51,596 bases of DNA from Dehalococcoidia bacterium (GTDB taxonomy: Bacteria > Chloroflexota > Dehalococcoidia > GIF9 > UBA5629). The stretch covers positions 1 to 51,596 of the forward strand of contig JBAZLT010000001.1 of NCBI GenBank assembly GCA_041650115.1, given 5' to 3'. The notes under the pieces are model-generated. The model worked only from the letters and a program-made list of their open reading frames with translations. It had not been told where the DNA came from and did no database searches. Of this stretch, positions 1 to 9,504 are shown piece by piece. The position numbers were made by a program, and so were the translations under genes. The stretch's first letter is position 1. The number at the start of each line of letters is the position of its first letter.

Positions 1-1807
1 GGTTCCACAGTGTCTCGGCAACCTTCTCAACGTCGCTGGTCTTAATACCCCTGTCCCGCATCAGCGTGCTGTTGCCGATGGTAACTGTTCGGCCTTCCAC
101 GCCGGCGTCGATGCCCAGCCCCGGGAGTGCCTGGAAAGTCAACGGTGTTGGGACCTCGAGGCCCCTGTCCCTCGCGAATTTTACAATAGTCTGCGCCAGG
201 GGATGCTCGGAGTTGCGCTCCGCCGCCGCCGCCATCCGCAGGGCCTCATCCTCCGCAAAGGGCGGGATGGCCATTATATCGGTCAGCCGGGGCTGCCCCC
301 GGGTGAGCGTGCCTGTTTTATCCAGCATCACCGTGGTTATTTTGTGCGTGCGCTCCAGCGTCTCACCGTTTTTAATGAGTATCCCGTATTGGGCGCCTTT
401 GCCCGTGCCTACTATGATGGCAGTGGGCGTGGCCAGCCCCAGCGCGCAGGGGCAGGCGATGATCAAAACAGCCACGAAATTGAGCAGGGCGTAGACGAAC
501 GAGGGCTGAGGCCCGATGAACAGCCAGATGAGAAAGGTGATGACGGCGATGGCGATGACCGCAGGCACAAAATAGCCGGCTATGATATCCGCCAGCCGCT
601 GGATGGGCGCCTTGCTCCCCTGCGCCTCGTCTACCAGCCTGATGATCTGGGAGAGCACGGTATCCACACCGACCCTGGTGGCCCTGAACTTGAAGCTGCC
701 AGTCAGGTTGAGCGTCGCCCCTGTCACATTATCGCCCGCCTTCTTTTCCACGGGCATGCTCTCGCCGGTCAGCATGGACTCGTCCAATGCCGAATAGCCC
801 TCGCTGACGATGCCGTCCACCGGCACCCTCTCGCCCGGTTTTACCAGTAAAATTTCGTCCACCGCCACTTCCTCCACCGGCACTTCCACCTCTTTCCCGT
901 CCCGTACGGCGATGGCTGTGTTGGGACGCAGGCCGATCAGTTTTTTAATGGCCTCGGAGGTCTGTCCTTTGGCCCGAGATTCCAGGAAGCGTCCCATCAG
1001 TATCAGCGCTATGATCATGGAGGAGGTGTCGAAGTACAGGCCGCGGCCGATCCCTACTGAAGCGAAGAAATGAGGAAAGAGCATCACAGCCACGCTGTAC
1101 AGATATGCCGCCGATGTGCCCACTGCTATCAGCGTGTTCATATCGGCCGCCCCGTGTTTGAGCGCGCCCCAGGCTCCCCTGTAGAAGCGCAGGCCGGCCC
1201 AGAACTGCACGGGAGTGGCAAGAGCCCACAGCAGGTAGGGCTTCCAGCCGTAATCGAGCAAATCGGTCATGCTCAGCAGCATGATCAGCGCAGCTACGCA
1301 GAGAGAGAATATAAACTGGTTCCGGAGCTCTATCATCTCGCGTTGCGAGGCGCTGTCCGATCTGCCCTCTTCCGCTGTCACCAGGGCCATCTTGTAGCCG
1401 GCGTCGGCCACGGCGCGGAGCATCATAGTGATGTCGGCATCCCGGGTGTGCTCGACCACCGCCCTGTTGGAAGCCAGGTTCACCGCCACCGAGACAACGC
1501 CGGGCAGGCCTTGAAGAGACTTCTCAACACGGGAGACGCAGGATGCGCATGACATGCCGCTGACGCTGAAGACGGACTTCTCGGTGCGCGCATTATATCC
1601 CAGTTGGTTAATAGCCTTGGTGATCTTAGCCAGGTCCGTCTTGTCCGGATCATATTCTACGGAAGCTTTCTCGGCGGCAAAGGAGACGTCGGCCCTGTTT
1701 ACACCTTCCGTCTGCGCAAGGGCCTTCTGCACGGTCAGGGCACAGGTCGCGCAGGTCATGCCCCCGACCTCGATACTGGCCTTTGAGGTCTTATCCTGTT
1801 CGGTCAT
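1..1807 (-). CDS. copA: Copper/heavy-metal translocating P1B-type ATPase, partial (C-terminus runs off the window start)
   Basis: My own minus-strand translation; the ORF is absent from the track because it has no stop in the window. It has two N-terminal HMA domains (GMTCATC ~1750-1770, GMSCASC ~1536-1558), the CPC membrane metal site ([13 protein letters not shown] ~430-470) and the DKTGT phosphorylation motif (~309-326). The ATG at 1805-1807 overlaps the TAA of the upstream gene by 1 nt. Confidence 0.9.
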   Translation of the reverse strand, partial: MTEQDKTSKASIEVGGMTCATCALTVQKALAQTEGVNRADVSFAAEKASVEYDPDKTDLAKITKAINQLGYNARTEKSVFSVSGMSCASCVSRVEKSLQGLPGVVSVAVNLASNRAVVEHTRDADITMMLRAVADAGYKMALVTAEEGRSDSASQREMIELRNQFIFSLCVAALIMLLSMTDLLDYGWKPYLLWALATPVQFWAGLRFYRGAWGALKHGAADMNTLIAVGTSAAYLYSVAVMLFPHFFASVGIGRGLYFDTSSMIIALILMGRFLESRAKGQTSEAIKKLIGLRPNTAIAVRDGKEVEVPVEEVAVDEILLVKPGERVPVDGIVSEGYSALDESMLTGESMPVEKKAGDNVTGATLNLTGSFKFRATRVGVDTVLSQIIRLVDEAQGSKAPIQRLADIIAGYFVPAVIAIAVITFLIWLFIGPQPSFVYALLNFVAVLIIACPCALGLATPTAIIVGTGKGAQYGILIKNGETLERTHKITTVMLDKTGTLTRGQPRLTDIMAIPPFAEDEALRMAAAAERNSEHPLAQTIVKFARDRGLEVPTPLTFQALPGLGIDAGVEGRTVTIGNSTLMRDRGIKTSDVEKVAETLWN

Positions 1808-2349
1808 TACAGCTCCAGGTGCTGTTCCCAGACGCCGTGCTGGGTGCAGTAGCTGAAGGAGAAGAGGTGCTTGAACTCGGATAAATTGATCTCAAATGCA
1901 TATACCGGCTTTCCTTTTTCGGGCTTGAATACCTCTCTCCCCAGGTCGAGTATATGGCCGTCCTTTTTAACTCCGAAGGCCTGTATCCAGACTATATAAT
2001 GGTCCACAGTGTTGGGATGGGGCGCTTCCCTGCCGACGACGATCTCTACCAGGTCCTTGCCCATCTTGCCCTGTCCCTTGATCAGCTCGATGCTCGGGAT
2101 ATGTTTCTCCTTACCCTCGGAGGTACGTCCCTGGACCAGGTCGCTGAAGTGAACGATCTTTCCCGGTTTCTCTCTCTTGATTGCGCGCTGGGCCACCAGC
2201 CTGGAATCCAGCGTACCCTGGCCTCCGCACTCGGGAGTGTAGCACGTGACATCGCTGAAGGCGCATTTGACCAGGCAGCTGGGGCAGGGGTCGGGTGGTT
2301 TGGGCGCCTCGATAACGAAGTTACATTTATCGCACATCCAGTAAGTCAT
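1807..2349 (-). CDS. Superoxide reductase (neelaredoxin/desulfoferrodoxin family) with an N-terminal Cys-rich rubredoxin-like zinc-ribbon domain
   Basis: 180-aa ORF. SOR catalytic-centre signatures are [17 protein letters not shown] and YCTQHGVW. The N-terminus has CDKC-x12-CPSC plus three further Cys. An AGGAG lies upstream of the ATG. Confidence 0.85.
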   Translation of the reverse strand: MTYWMCDKCNFVIEAPKPPDPCPSCLVKCAFSDVTCYTPECGGQGTLDSRLVAQRAIKREKPGKIVHFSDLVQGRTSEGKEKHIPSIELIKGQGKMGKDLVEIVVGREAPHPNTVDHYIVWIQAFGVKKDGHILDLGREVFKPEKGKPVYAFEINLSEFKHLFSFSYCTQHGVWEQHLEL

Positions 2350-2370
2350 GGCAGGTTCTCCTGTTCGCTT

Positions 2371-3555
2371 TTATTTGTAGCCGTTTTCGCGGTGTTTATT
2401 AGCTATAGTCTCCGCCAGCGCATCGAGGGCGGCGAAATCGTTCTCGGACGGGTTGCCCTTGATATATACGGGAGGCAGCACCTCCGGTTTGATATTGGTC
2501 AGCATGCCTGTGATCTGTTCGATCGTGCGGCTGCCCCATCCGAAGGAGCCGATGATGGTGGCGAATTTCAGGTTGGGACGCAGTGCATTGGCCAGAAAGG
2601 CGACATTGGCCGCCAGCGGGTGAGCTCCGCCCAGCACCGTGCAGGTAGCCAGCACCAGCGTCGCAGAGTCCACCAGGGCTATGGCGACCTTGCCGGGATC
2701 CGCCACCGTCAGGTCGAACTGCCTGACGTTCACGCCGCGCTCGATCAGCGCCCCCACCAGGTAGTCCACCATGTCCCTGGTGCTGCCGTGCATGGAGACG
2801 TACGGAAGCAGCACCATGTTGGCAGGCTCGTCGTAGACCCAGTGCTTGTAAGATTCCAGTATGAACTCCGGCCTGTCGTAGACCGGTCCGTGGCTGGGGG
2901 CTATGATATCGATGGCGTAGCCCTTGAGCCGCTCCATGTTCTTCTTGATGTTGGTCCTGAACGGCATCATGATCTCGCCGAAATATCTCTTGGCGGACTC
3001 ATATACCCGGCCTTCGTCCTGGACGTAGAGAGCCGACTGCGCCAGGTGGGAGCCGAAGAAGTCGCAGGAGAAAAGGACTTTATCCTCGCGCAAATAGGAG
3101 ACCATGGTCTCAGGCCAGTGCACCCAGGGCGCATGGATGAACTCGAAGGTCTTATCGCCCAGGGACAACGTATCACCGTCGTTGACCGTCGTTATGGCGC
3201 CCTCTTCGAGATGCAAAAGGTCGATCAGCATGCCCTTGCATTTGGGTGTGCAGACAACCTTAGCCTCCGGATACAGGTCCAGGATCAGGGGGATGCTGCC
3301 CGCATGGTCCTGTTCGGCGTGGTTGCAGATGATATAATCGATCTGCGCCACTTTAAGATCGTCGAGGTTTCCTGTGAGCACAGTGTCCATATTGGGATCG
3401 ACCGTGTCCACCAGGGCGGTTTTCCGGCTGCCGCGCACCAGGTAGGAGTTGTAGCTTGTGCCGTCCGGCAGCGGTATGAGCGCATCGAACAGGCGGCGGT
3501 CCCAGTCTATGGCGCCTACCGGATCGATGCCGGGCTTGATCTGCGGCCTTTTCAT
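2371..3555 (-). CDS. fprA: Flavodiiron protein (A-type flavoprotein, metallo-beta-lactamase-like plus flavodoxin-like domains)
   Basis: 394 aa. It has the diiron motif NHAEQDHAG, a C-terminal flavodoxin-like part, and a strong SD (GAGGAGG) before the ATG at 3555. Confidence 0.88.
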   Translation of the reverse strand: MKRPQIKPGIDPVGAIDWDRRLFDALIPLPDGTSYNSYLVRGSRKTALVDTVDPNMDTVLTGNLDDLKVAQIDYIICNHAEQDHAGSIPLILDLYPEAKVVCTPKCKGMLIDLLHLEEGAITTVNDGDTLSLGDKTFEFIHAPWVHWPETMVSYLREDKVLFSCDFFGSHLAQSALYVQDEGRVYESAKRYFGEIMMPFRTNIKKNMERLKGYAIDIIAPSHGPVYDRPEFILESYKHWVYDEPANMVLLPYVSMHGSTRDMVDYLVGALIERGVNVRQFDLTVADPGKVAIALVDSATLVLATCTVLGGAHPLAANVAFLANALRPNLKFATIIGSFGWGSRTIEQITGMLTNIKPEVLPPVYIKGNPSENDFAALDALAETIANKHRENGYK

Positions 3556-3567
3556 GCTGACCTCCTC

Positions 3568-4251
3568 TTAAAGCTTTTTAAACTGGCTCTTTTCCGCTCC
3601 GCACACGGGACAGGTCCAATCGTCGGGGATATCTTCGAACCTGGTGCCGGGCTTAACTCCGCCGTCCGGGTCTCCTTTCTCGGGATCGTAGATATAACCG
3701 CAAACGCTGCACTGATATTTGTCCATGGTAGCTTTGTCCTCCTTTTTATCCGCGATAAAGCTCGGTGCTGTTTTGGGGGTGGTGCCCCTCTTGACCTGCT
3801 GGTAATACGCGTAGGTGATCGGCTCGCCTTCCTTGATAACATCGGCGTCTGTGATCTGGCCCACGAAGATAGTGTGTGTATGCACGTCGATCTGCGCTAT
3901 CACCTTTGCCTCGATATAAGCCAGGGAGTTGTCCAGGACGACCGGAGCGCCGCTCTGTCCGGTTTTATAGTTAATTCCGGAAAATTTGTCAACATCCCGG
4001 CCGCTCTTGAATCCGAAGCCGCCGATGAAGCTGAGCGGCGTTTCCCTGGCAAGTATTGATGCCGTGAAGACCTTACTGGCGGAGATATATTCGTGCGTGA
4101 GGTTGCTGCGGTTGATCACGGCCTGTATGACCTGGGGTTCGGAGCATACCTGGATGACCGTATTGGCGATCTGTCCGTTGATCCTGTCCCCCTTCATGGA
4201 CGATACCACAAAGAGGCCATATGTCAGAGAATAAAGGGCTTTGGAGTTCAT
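3568..4251 (-). CDS. Flavin-reductase-domain / rubredoxin fusion (high-molecular-weight rubredoxin type)
   Basis: 227 aa. The N-terminal part is a flavin-reductase-like FMN-binding domain. The C-terminus is a classical rubredoxin ([10 protein letters not shown]...[10 protein letters not shown]). GGGAGG lies upstream of the ATG. Confidence 0.85.
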   Translation of the reverse strand: MNSKALYSLTYGLFVVSSMKGDRINGQIANTVIQVCSEPQVIQAVINRSNLTHEYISASKVFTASILARETPLSFIGGFGFKSGRDVDKFSGINYKTGQSGAPVVLDNSLAYIEAKVIAQIDVHTHTIFVGQITDADVIKEGEPITYAYYQQVKRGTTPKTAPSFIADKKEDKATMDKYQCSVCGYIYDPEKGDPDGGVKPGTRFEDIPDDWTCPVCGAEKSQFKKL

Positions 4252-4285
4252 GTTGTCTGTTTCACCTCCCCGATATATTAAATGA

Positions 4286-4813
4286 TTATGCGCCGTCCAG
4301 CAGATGGTGTTCCGTGCGCGTGAACCAGTCTACGGGATCGCTGATGTACTCCTTGTAATCGACCAGCGCCAGATAGTGCCCCTGCTCTTCGGCGGAGATA
4401 GACTGAAAGAACTTCTTTTCGCTGTCGGAAGAAGCTTTGTCCGACCTCTCCCTGTAGTAGTCGCGGGACCTTATCTCCAAATCAATAGCCCTGTCGGCCG
4501 AGCCTATCTCCGCTTTGCTGCCCGTAGGTTTGGCTGACTCTTTGATCAGGCGGGAAAAGAGCGTCCCCAGCCTGATCGGCTTCGGAGGCTTGATGCTTGA
4601 AGCCGGCCATCCCTTCTCGGATATGATGGCCGCATAGATCTCCTCGAAACGCTTATAGTGAAGCTCTTCCTGGTCCGCCAGCCACGAGAAAAGGTCCTGC
4701 CCCACCCTGTTGGTGCTATCACGCGCCGCCAGTTTATAGAATTTTTTACCGTCCAATTCCATACGCAGTGCGTATTTCAGCGCATCTATAATGGTCGTCT
4801 GCCCGTCTTTCAT
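4286..4813 (-). CDS. Rubrerythrin/ferritin-like diiron protein (no rubredoxin domain)
   Basis: Four-helix diiron pattern: [26 protein letters not shown]. The track ORF starts at 4819, but the GAGGAGG abuts that ATG, so the ATG at 4813 with a 6-nt spacer is preferred. Confidence 0.75.
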   Translation of the reverse strand: MKDGQTTIIDALKYALRMELDGKKFYKLAARDSTNRVGQDLFSWLADQEELHYKRFEEIYAAIISEKGWPASSIKPPKPIRLGTLFSRLIKESAKPTGSKAEIGSADRAIDLEIRSRDYYRERSDKASSDSEKKFFQSISAEEQGHYLALVDYKEYISDPVDWFTRTEHHLLDGA

Positions 4814-4838
4814 ATGCATCCTCCTCTACTGTCAGCTC

Positions 4839-4847
4839 ATTATAGCA
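4839..4847 (-). promoter_or_regulatory. Possible extended -10 element (TGCTATAAT) for the oxidative-stress operon
   Basis: The reverse complement of 4839-4847 reads TGCTATAAT, about 20 nt upstream of the rubrerythrin-like start. The -35 region is poor. Confidence 0.3.
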
Positions 4848-4908
4848 ATTTTTATATATACGAAAGTAATAAAAGTCACATTGGGCAGAAACGCTGCCAA
4901 CAATGAGA

Positions 4909-4934
4909 AAGGCCGGCCTTGAAAGGCCGGCCTT
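4909..4934 (-). terminator. GC-rich hairpin downstream of the two-CW gene (putative intrinsic terminator)
   Basis: AAGGCCGGCC (4909-4918) pairs with GGCCGGCCTT (4925-4934) around the loop TTGAAA. On the minus strand it is followed by TTTCTCATTG. Confidence 0.5.
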
Positions 4935-4958
4935 GATGGTTTCCTGAGATTGTACCGT

Positions 4959-5297
4959 TCAGCGGGCTATTTTTTCCAGCGCTTTGAGCTGTGTGTCCAT
5001 ACCCTTGCCGTGGAGCTTGATCCTGATGGGCTCGCCGTTTCCATATTTCTTGTAGACCCGGCAGACCTCGCAGATGCTGGTGTCCTTGCCGGTTGCCCCG
5101 CGGTCGTCCAGCTTGCAGTAAGTGCCCTCGATCTCCCAGCAGGGGAGGAACTGGTACAGGGTGGACGGGCACTCCGCCTTTATCATCTCGGGACAATGGC
5201 ACTTCTCCCAGCAGGGCTGCTTGTCAGCCCAGAAATTGAATCCCGCTACTCCCTGTGCCGCTTGTGTGTTCTGGACCTTTTCCATTGTTTCAGCCAT
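4959..5297 (-). CDS. Small Cys-rich protein, probable two-CW domain protein
   Basis: 112 aa with two PCWE motifs (QPCWEKCHC, LPCWEIEGTYC) plus CEVC. AAGGAGG lies upstream of the ATG. The family name is recalled from memory. Confidence 0.6.
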   Translation of the reverse strand: MAETMEKVQNTQAAQGVAGFNFWADKQPCWEKCHCPEMIKAECPSTLYQFLPCWEIEGTYCKLDDRGATGKDTSICEVCRVYKKYGNGEPIRIKLHGKGMDTQLKALEKIAR

Positions 5298-5352
5298 TGT
5301 CTTATCCTCCTTGTTATTCTGTTTCCTTTTTCTCTACGCTACTAATTTAACA

Positions 5353-5410
5353 TGCGCAAAGCGCGCAGCCATCCGTCATGAGGCTTAATTTAAATTTGCG
5401 CACAAGCGCA
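5353..5410. promoter_or_regulatory. Two related TGCGC-N4/5-GCGCA palindromes in a divergent intergenic region (candidate operator pair)
   Basis: The boxes are TGCGCAAAGCGCGCA (5353-5367) and TGCGCACAAGCGCA (5397-5410). They flank an AATTTAAATT palindrome. Confidence 0.3.
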
Positions 5411-5507
5411 TATTTGGGTAAAAAGAATTAGCTGGAAATGCTTAGTTGCAACATGCCGCTGATTTGGCCCGGAGGGGGTTTTGGGGCACAATAAAGACCA
5501 TTAAGTA

Positions 5508-6566
5508 TTGAAGGATGGGCCCCGGGTGTTCAACCGTTCTGCTCTCCGCATAAGTACGTTTTACGTATCGCTCGTTCTGCTGATCCTTGCAGCCGGGTGC
5601 CTTCCTGCCGGCGACGGTGATTCGGGATCGGAGATACGCCGCGTTGCCGGGCCTTATGTCCTTAACGTGCCGGCCTGGGAGATGCAGAATACGCTGTCTC
5701 CCGTCGGGTCTGCTCCGCAGCCCGTCACGCCTGCTGTGCTGGATGCCGACATAGAGCGTGCGCTGGCGCAGCAGGGGATAGCTGCCGCGCCCCCGGTCAG
5801 GTCCAGGCTTGAGCAGCCTCCTCTCCTGCTGGTGGTATCGCCCAGGGAGCGCATTATGTATTCAGACAGGCTGCTGCTGCAGCCCGGTATGAATATATCG
5901 CAGATAGAGGAACTGGAGAACAGGATTGAGGAGATGGGGCTGTCCGCTCTGGTCGTTAAGATTGGCGGCTTCGGCGCCGCCTATCCCGCTGTTGTATCGC
6001 CTTCACTGCCGCTGAAAAACATCGTTGAGGCGTCTGTGGAAGAATGGGCGCACCAGTATCTGGCCTTTAAGCCGCTGGGATTCCTCTATCTCTTAGATTG
6101 CCTGGGCTTGGCCCAGGACCCCGGCGTGATAACTATGAATGAGACGCTGGCCGGTATGATCGCCGATGAGGTCGGGTCCATCGTATACAGCCATTACAGC
6201 GATATCGCCGGACCGCAACAAAATAGCCGGCAGGATGACGGCTTTGACTTCGCCGCCGAGATGCGGCTGACGCGGCGGCACGTGGACGAATTGCTGGCCG
6301 CCGGAGAGGTCGAACAGGCTGAAGGATACATGAGCATGCGGCGTGTCTATTTTGAGGCCCACGGCTATCCCATCAGGAAGCTGAACCAGGCCTACTTCGC
6401 CTTTCACGGCATCTATGGGCAGGACCCCGGCTCGGCCAGCCCGATATACGGGCAGATGGCCATGCTGAGAGAGGCCTCGGGCTCGCTGTCTGAGTTCGTC
6501 GACCGCGTGTCCGTCATGACCGGCCCGGACGGCCTGCAAGAGGCTGTCAACAGCCTGTCGCGTTGA
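5508..6566 (+). CDS. Hypothetical protein, probable lipoprotein or membrane-anchored protein
   Basis: 352 aa with a TTG start. An N-terminal hydrophobic segment ends in the lipobox-like LAAGC. No catalytic motif recognised. The codon bias is GC3-rich, as in the backbone. Confidence 0.55.
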   Translation: MKDGPRVFNRSALRISTFYVSLVLLILAAGCLPAGDGDSGSEIRRVAGPYVLNVPAWEMQNTLSPVGSAPQPVTPAVLDADIERALAQQGIAAAPPVRSRLEQPPLLLVVSPRERIMYSDRLLLQPGMNISQIEELENRIEEMGLSALVVKIGGFGAAYPAVVSPSLPLKNIVEASVEEWAHQYLAFKPLGFLYLLDCLGLAQDPGVITMNETLAGMIADEVGSIVYSHYSDIAGPQQNSRQDDGFDFAAEMRLTRRHVDELLAAGEVEQAEGYMSMRRVYFEAHGYPIRKLNQAYFAFHGIYGQDPGSASPIYGQMAMLREASGSLSEFVDRVSVMTGPDGLQEAVNSLSR

Positions 6567-6663
6567 ACTTTTTAGCTTTGATGAAGCCGAAAACCGGGCA
6601 TTCAGGCGGCTGATTCTGATATACTTTAACAGCCATGAATACTCCGTCTCTATACGTGCGACT

Positions 6664-7467
6664 ATGTTCAGAGTAGACCTGAACTGGGACGACAACGAGG
6701 TACTGCCCGATAAGCTGAGGCCGGACGTAGAGTTCCTTTTCGGGCGTATGAGCAGCGCCACCGTGGAGATGGTCGACCCCCGTCCCGGCGAGCGCATACT
6801 GGATATCGGCTGCGGCCGCGCCATCGATATCGTCAATATGTCGGCGTCCGGCGCCCAGTTGATCGGTGTGGAGCCCTCATTCATTATGCTCTCGCACGCG
6901 CGGGAATCGCTCAAGCTGGACGGGCACAACACCGCTGTGTTGCAGGGCATCGGGGAGAGCATACCCGTCGTGCCCGGCTCCATCGACAAGGTGCTCTGCA
7001 AAGGCGCGCTGGACCATTTCTCGGACCCCGACCGGGCTCTGGAAGAGATAGCCATAGCCGTCAAGCCGGGAGGCAGGGTGGTGATAGCCATCGCCAACTT
7101 TGAGAGCCTGGGATTCAAGGTAGGCAAGCTGATCTTCGGCCTCAGGAAGCTGCTGGGGATCAAGAACCCTTACAAACGTCTGCCCTGGGAGCTTCCGCCC
7201 GACCACACATATAAATTCGACTACCGCACGTTGACAGGGATGGCCGGCCGCTATATGAAGGTGGAGAAAGTCACGGGCGTGTCGATGCTCTGCTGCACGC
7301 CGGGCTGGGGCGATATGCTGACCGCACTGCCGGCGGGACTTACGCGCTTTATCGTCCGTTCACTCGACGGCCTGTCACGCGTCTTTCCTATGTTGAGCGA
7401 TGTCATCGTGATCAGGTGCGTTCCGCGCCGGTCACAGGGCGCTGCGCCGCAGGTAATACCTGTATAG
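6664..7467 (+). CDS. Class I SAM-dependent methyltransferase (small-molecule type)
   Basis: Motif I is ILDIGCGRA, followed by the post-I acidic residue (GVE) and a KPGGRVVI segment. No DNA-methyltransferase motifs are present. Confidence 0.8.
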   Translation: MFRVDLNWDDNEVLPDKLRPDVEFLFGRMSSATVEMVDPRPGERILDIGCGRAIDIVNMSASGAQLIGVEPSFIMLSHARESLKLDGHNTAVLQGIGESIPVVPGSIDKVLCKGALDHFSDPDRALEEIAIAVKPGGRVVIAIANFESLGFKVGKLIFGLRKLLGIKNPYKRLPWELPPDHTYKFDYRTLTGMAGRYMKVEKVTGVSMLCCTPGWGDMLTALPAGLTRFIVRSLDGLSRVFPMLSDVIVIRCVPRRSQGAAPQVIPV

Positions 7468-8817
7468 CCGGGCCAGCGCGCGTGACGCTCTCTCGGGCGT
7501 GGGGAAAGCAAGGACGCCGTTCTCCTGCAGTTCTCCGGCCACGTCCGATCCGTGCGGGCCGGTCAGCACCCCTACCAGCGGCTTGTCCGGATGCCTTGCG
7601 GCCATCCCTTTGAGGAGATCCCTGGTATGGCCGCCCTTCCTCATGTCCTGGACGATCTGTATAAATATCCAGCCTCCGTATGCACGGTCGGCCAGCAGAA
7701 TCTCCATGATACGGTCCACGGCCTGATACAACGATTCCGAGCCCATCACCATCGGCCAGTAGTCAACCGGGTTTCCCAGTCCCAGCCAGGGTGGGGCATG
7801 CTCTCGCAGCTGCTGGAGCGAGGACGGCGACAGCTCGCCGGTGGTGAGGTCCGTTCCCTGCATGGCGTCCAGCGCCATAATGGCAGTGCCCCCGCTGAAG
7901 GTGGCCACGCAGATATTGGGATTGGTTACCGGTGGCAGCGTATAGAGGGCGCGCGTGATGTCCATCAGCTCCTGCATGCTGTACACGCTGATAATACCGG
8001 CCTGTCTGAGGGCCGCCTCCCATATTTCATTGCTGCCGGCCAGCGAGCCGGTGTGCGATTGAGCGGCTTTCATGGCCTGCCGGCTCCTGCCGGTTTTAAT
8101 AGCGACGATCGGTTTGCTGCGTGAAACGCGCCGGGCTGTCTCGATAAAATGCCCGGCGTTTGCCATACCCTCGATATGCAGGGCTATAACTTTTACCTGC
8201 GGGTCCTGCTCGTAGTAGTCCAGGCAGTCGGCGAAGTCCACGTTGCAGATATTGCCGACGTCGATTCCCTTGCCCACGAACCTGAACCGGGAAACTCCGT
8301 CGAAGAGGCCTCCCGTCTGAGTGACGATTCCGACCGGGATGGCCTGCATGGATATACTGGCGAAGGCGGAGCAAAATTTGTGGAAGTAGTTGGCGCTGCC
8401 GAAGCTGTTGGGACCCAGCACCCTGCACCCGGTGGTAGCGGCGACCTGCTTGATCTCAGCCAGTAGATGGTTGCCCTCCTCGTCGCCGGCGTCGTTGAAG
8501 CCCTGCGTCAGTATGCTCACGCATCTGATTCCGCGTGCGGCGCAGTCCCTGACGTGCTGCGGCACGCGCGCGCGGGGCGTGGATATCACGGCCAGGTCCA
8601 CCGGGTTCGGCACATCGTTGATCGAGGGGTAGGCTTTCAATCCCATGATCTCGGTAGCGTTGGGATTGATGGGGTAGATGTGTCCGCCGTAACCGTAGTT
8701 GATCAGGTTCTCCAGGGCGTTGTATGTATTCGGGCCGGTTTTTCTGGAGATGCCTATGATAGCGATCGAATCGGGCTCGAAGAAGGGTTTCAGTCCCTCA
8801 ACGTTTTCCATGGGCAA
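7432..8817 (-). CDS. CoA-binding acetate--CoA ligase (ADP-forming) alpha-type / succinyl-CoA-synthetase-like protein
   Basis: 461 aa. The N-terminal CoA-binding Rossmann pattern is SIAIIGISRK...YPINP...VDLAVI, followed by a ligase-CoA domain. It overlaps the convergent methyltransferase by 36 nt. Confidence 0.75.
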   Translation of the reverse strand: MPMENVEGLKPFFEPDSIAIIGISRKTGPNTYNALENLINYGYGGHIYPINPNATEIMGLKAYPSINDVPNPVDLAVISTPRARVPQHVRDCAARGIRCVSILTQGFNDAGDEEGNHLLAEIKQVAATTGCRVLGPNSFGSANYFHKFCSAFASISMQAIPVGIVTQTGGLFDGVSRFRFVGKGIDVGNICNVDFADCLDYYEQDPQVKVIALHIEGMANAGHFIETARRVSRSKPIVAIKTGRSRQAMKAAQSHTGSLAGSNEIWEAALRQAGIISVYSMQELMDITRALYTLPPVTNPNICVATFSGGTAIMALDAMQGTDLTTGELSPSSLQQLREHAPPWLGLGNPVDYWPMVMGSESLYQAVDRIMEILLADRAYGGWIFIQIVQDMRKGGHTRDLLKGMAARHPDKPLVGVLTGPHGSDVAGELQENGVLAFPTPERASRALARLYRYYLRRSAL

Positions 8818-8873
8818 AAAGTATAGCAGATTATTTTGTTCTTAACGATGCCCGGGATGGGGATCGGGCCCGG

Positions 8874-9167
8874 TCACCTGGTCATGACATATATCTCGAT
8901 GGCCGCGATGGCCAGCGTAATGACGATGATCACGATCATCAGCGCCGGAGAGTTGATCTCGCGTTTGAGTATGCCGGGTTTATCGGTCTCTGCAGATAAC
9001 TTCTCCACCTCTTCGGCGCATTTGGTGCAGTAGGTCCTGCCCAGCAGCGTTGCGCTGCACTCCTCGCAGACGGGCTGCTGGCAACGCCAGCATACACCGG
9101 TGCCCTTGCGGTCGGGATGGTTGTAGCAGGCGAACTCGGGACGTATTTTCGTGTTCTCGTCTTCCAT
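8874..9167 (-). CDS. Hypothetical B-box/zinc-ribbon protein with a C-terminal transmembrane helix
   Basis: 97 aa. It has CYNHP...CWRCQQPVCEEC...CTKC followed by the hydrophobic tail LMIVIIVITLAIAAIEIYV. Confidence 0.55.
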   Translation of the reverse strand: MEDENTKIRPEFACYNHPDRKGTGVCWRCQQPVCEECSATLLGRTYCTKCAEEVEKLSAETDKPGILKREINSPALMIVIIVITLAIAAIEIYVMTR

Positions 9168-9217
9168 TGAGATGATTATACGGTGATGAACATAAAAAAT
9201 AAAGGGGTTTAGGAATC

Positions 9218-9458
9218 GTCATTGCGAGGAGTGCAGCGATGAAGCAACCTTGTACGTGATAACGGGGGCACAGGATTGCCACGGCCTTCGGCCTCGCAAT
9301 GACGAGAGAAAGAAGCGGGCACACAGGATTGCCACGGCCTCCGGCCTCGCAATGACGAGAGAAAGAAGCGGGGGCACAGGATTGCCACGGCCTCCGGCCT
9401 CGCAATGACGAGAGAAAGAAGCGGGGGCACGGGATTGCTTCGCTGTGCTCACAATGAC
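9218..9458. repeat. Intergenic repeat locus A of the GTCATTGCGAG family
   Basis: Layout: a 43-nt type-1 unit (9218-9260, +), three type-2 units (9269-9303, 9322-9356, 9375-9409, -) spaced exactly 53 bp apart, and a degenerate type-1 unit (9428-9458, -). Confidence 0.9.
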
Positions 9459-9504
9459 ATAATACTATGCACAGTAAGCGGAAGTAATGTGAAGGAGAGA
9501 GAAG

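Noticed and set aside
1954-4059. 701-aa plus-strand ORF; similar long ORFs at 12852..14258, 14483..15523, 16767..17597, 17737..18987, 20196..21959 and 50536..51522
   Set aside because: All lie antisense to genes with clear family motifs. Their translations are low-complexity and rich in Arg, Gly, Ala, His and Asp, which is typical of shadow ORFs in high-G+C DNA.
6664-7467. Possible DNA methyltransferase acting as an orphan modification gene
   Set aside because: It has only the generic class I SAM-binding motif (ILDIGCG). It lacks DPPY/NPPY and PCQ/ENV motifs, has backbone composition, and has no nuclease partner.
9269-9427. Possible CRISPR array, suggested by the regular 53-bp periodicity
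   Set aside because: The whole 53-bp unit is repeated, so the supposed spacers (GAGAGAAAGAAGCGGG...) are identical. There are no unique spacers and no cas genes. The units belong to the dispersed GTCATTGCGAG family.
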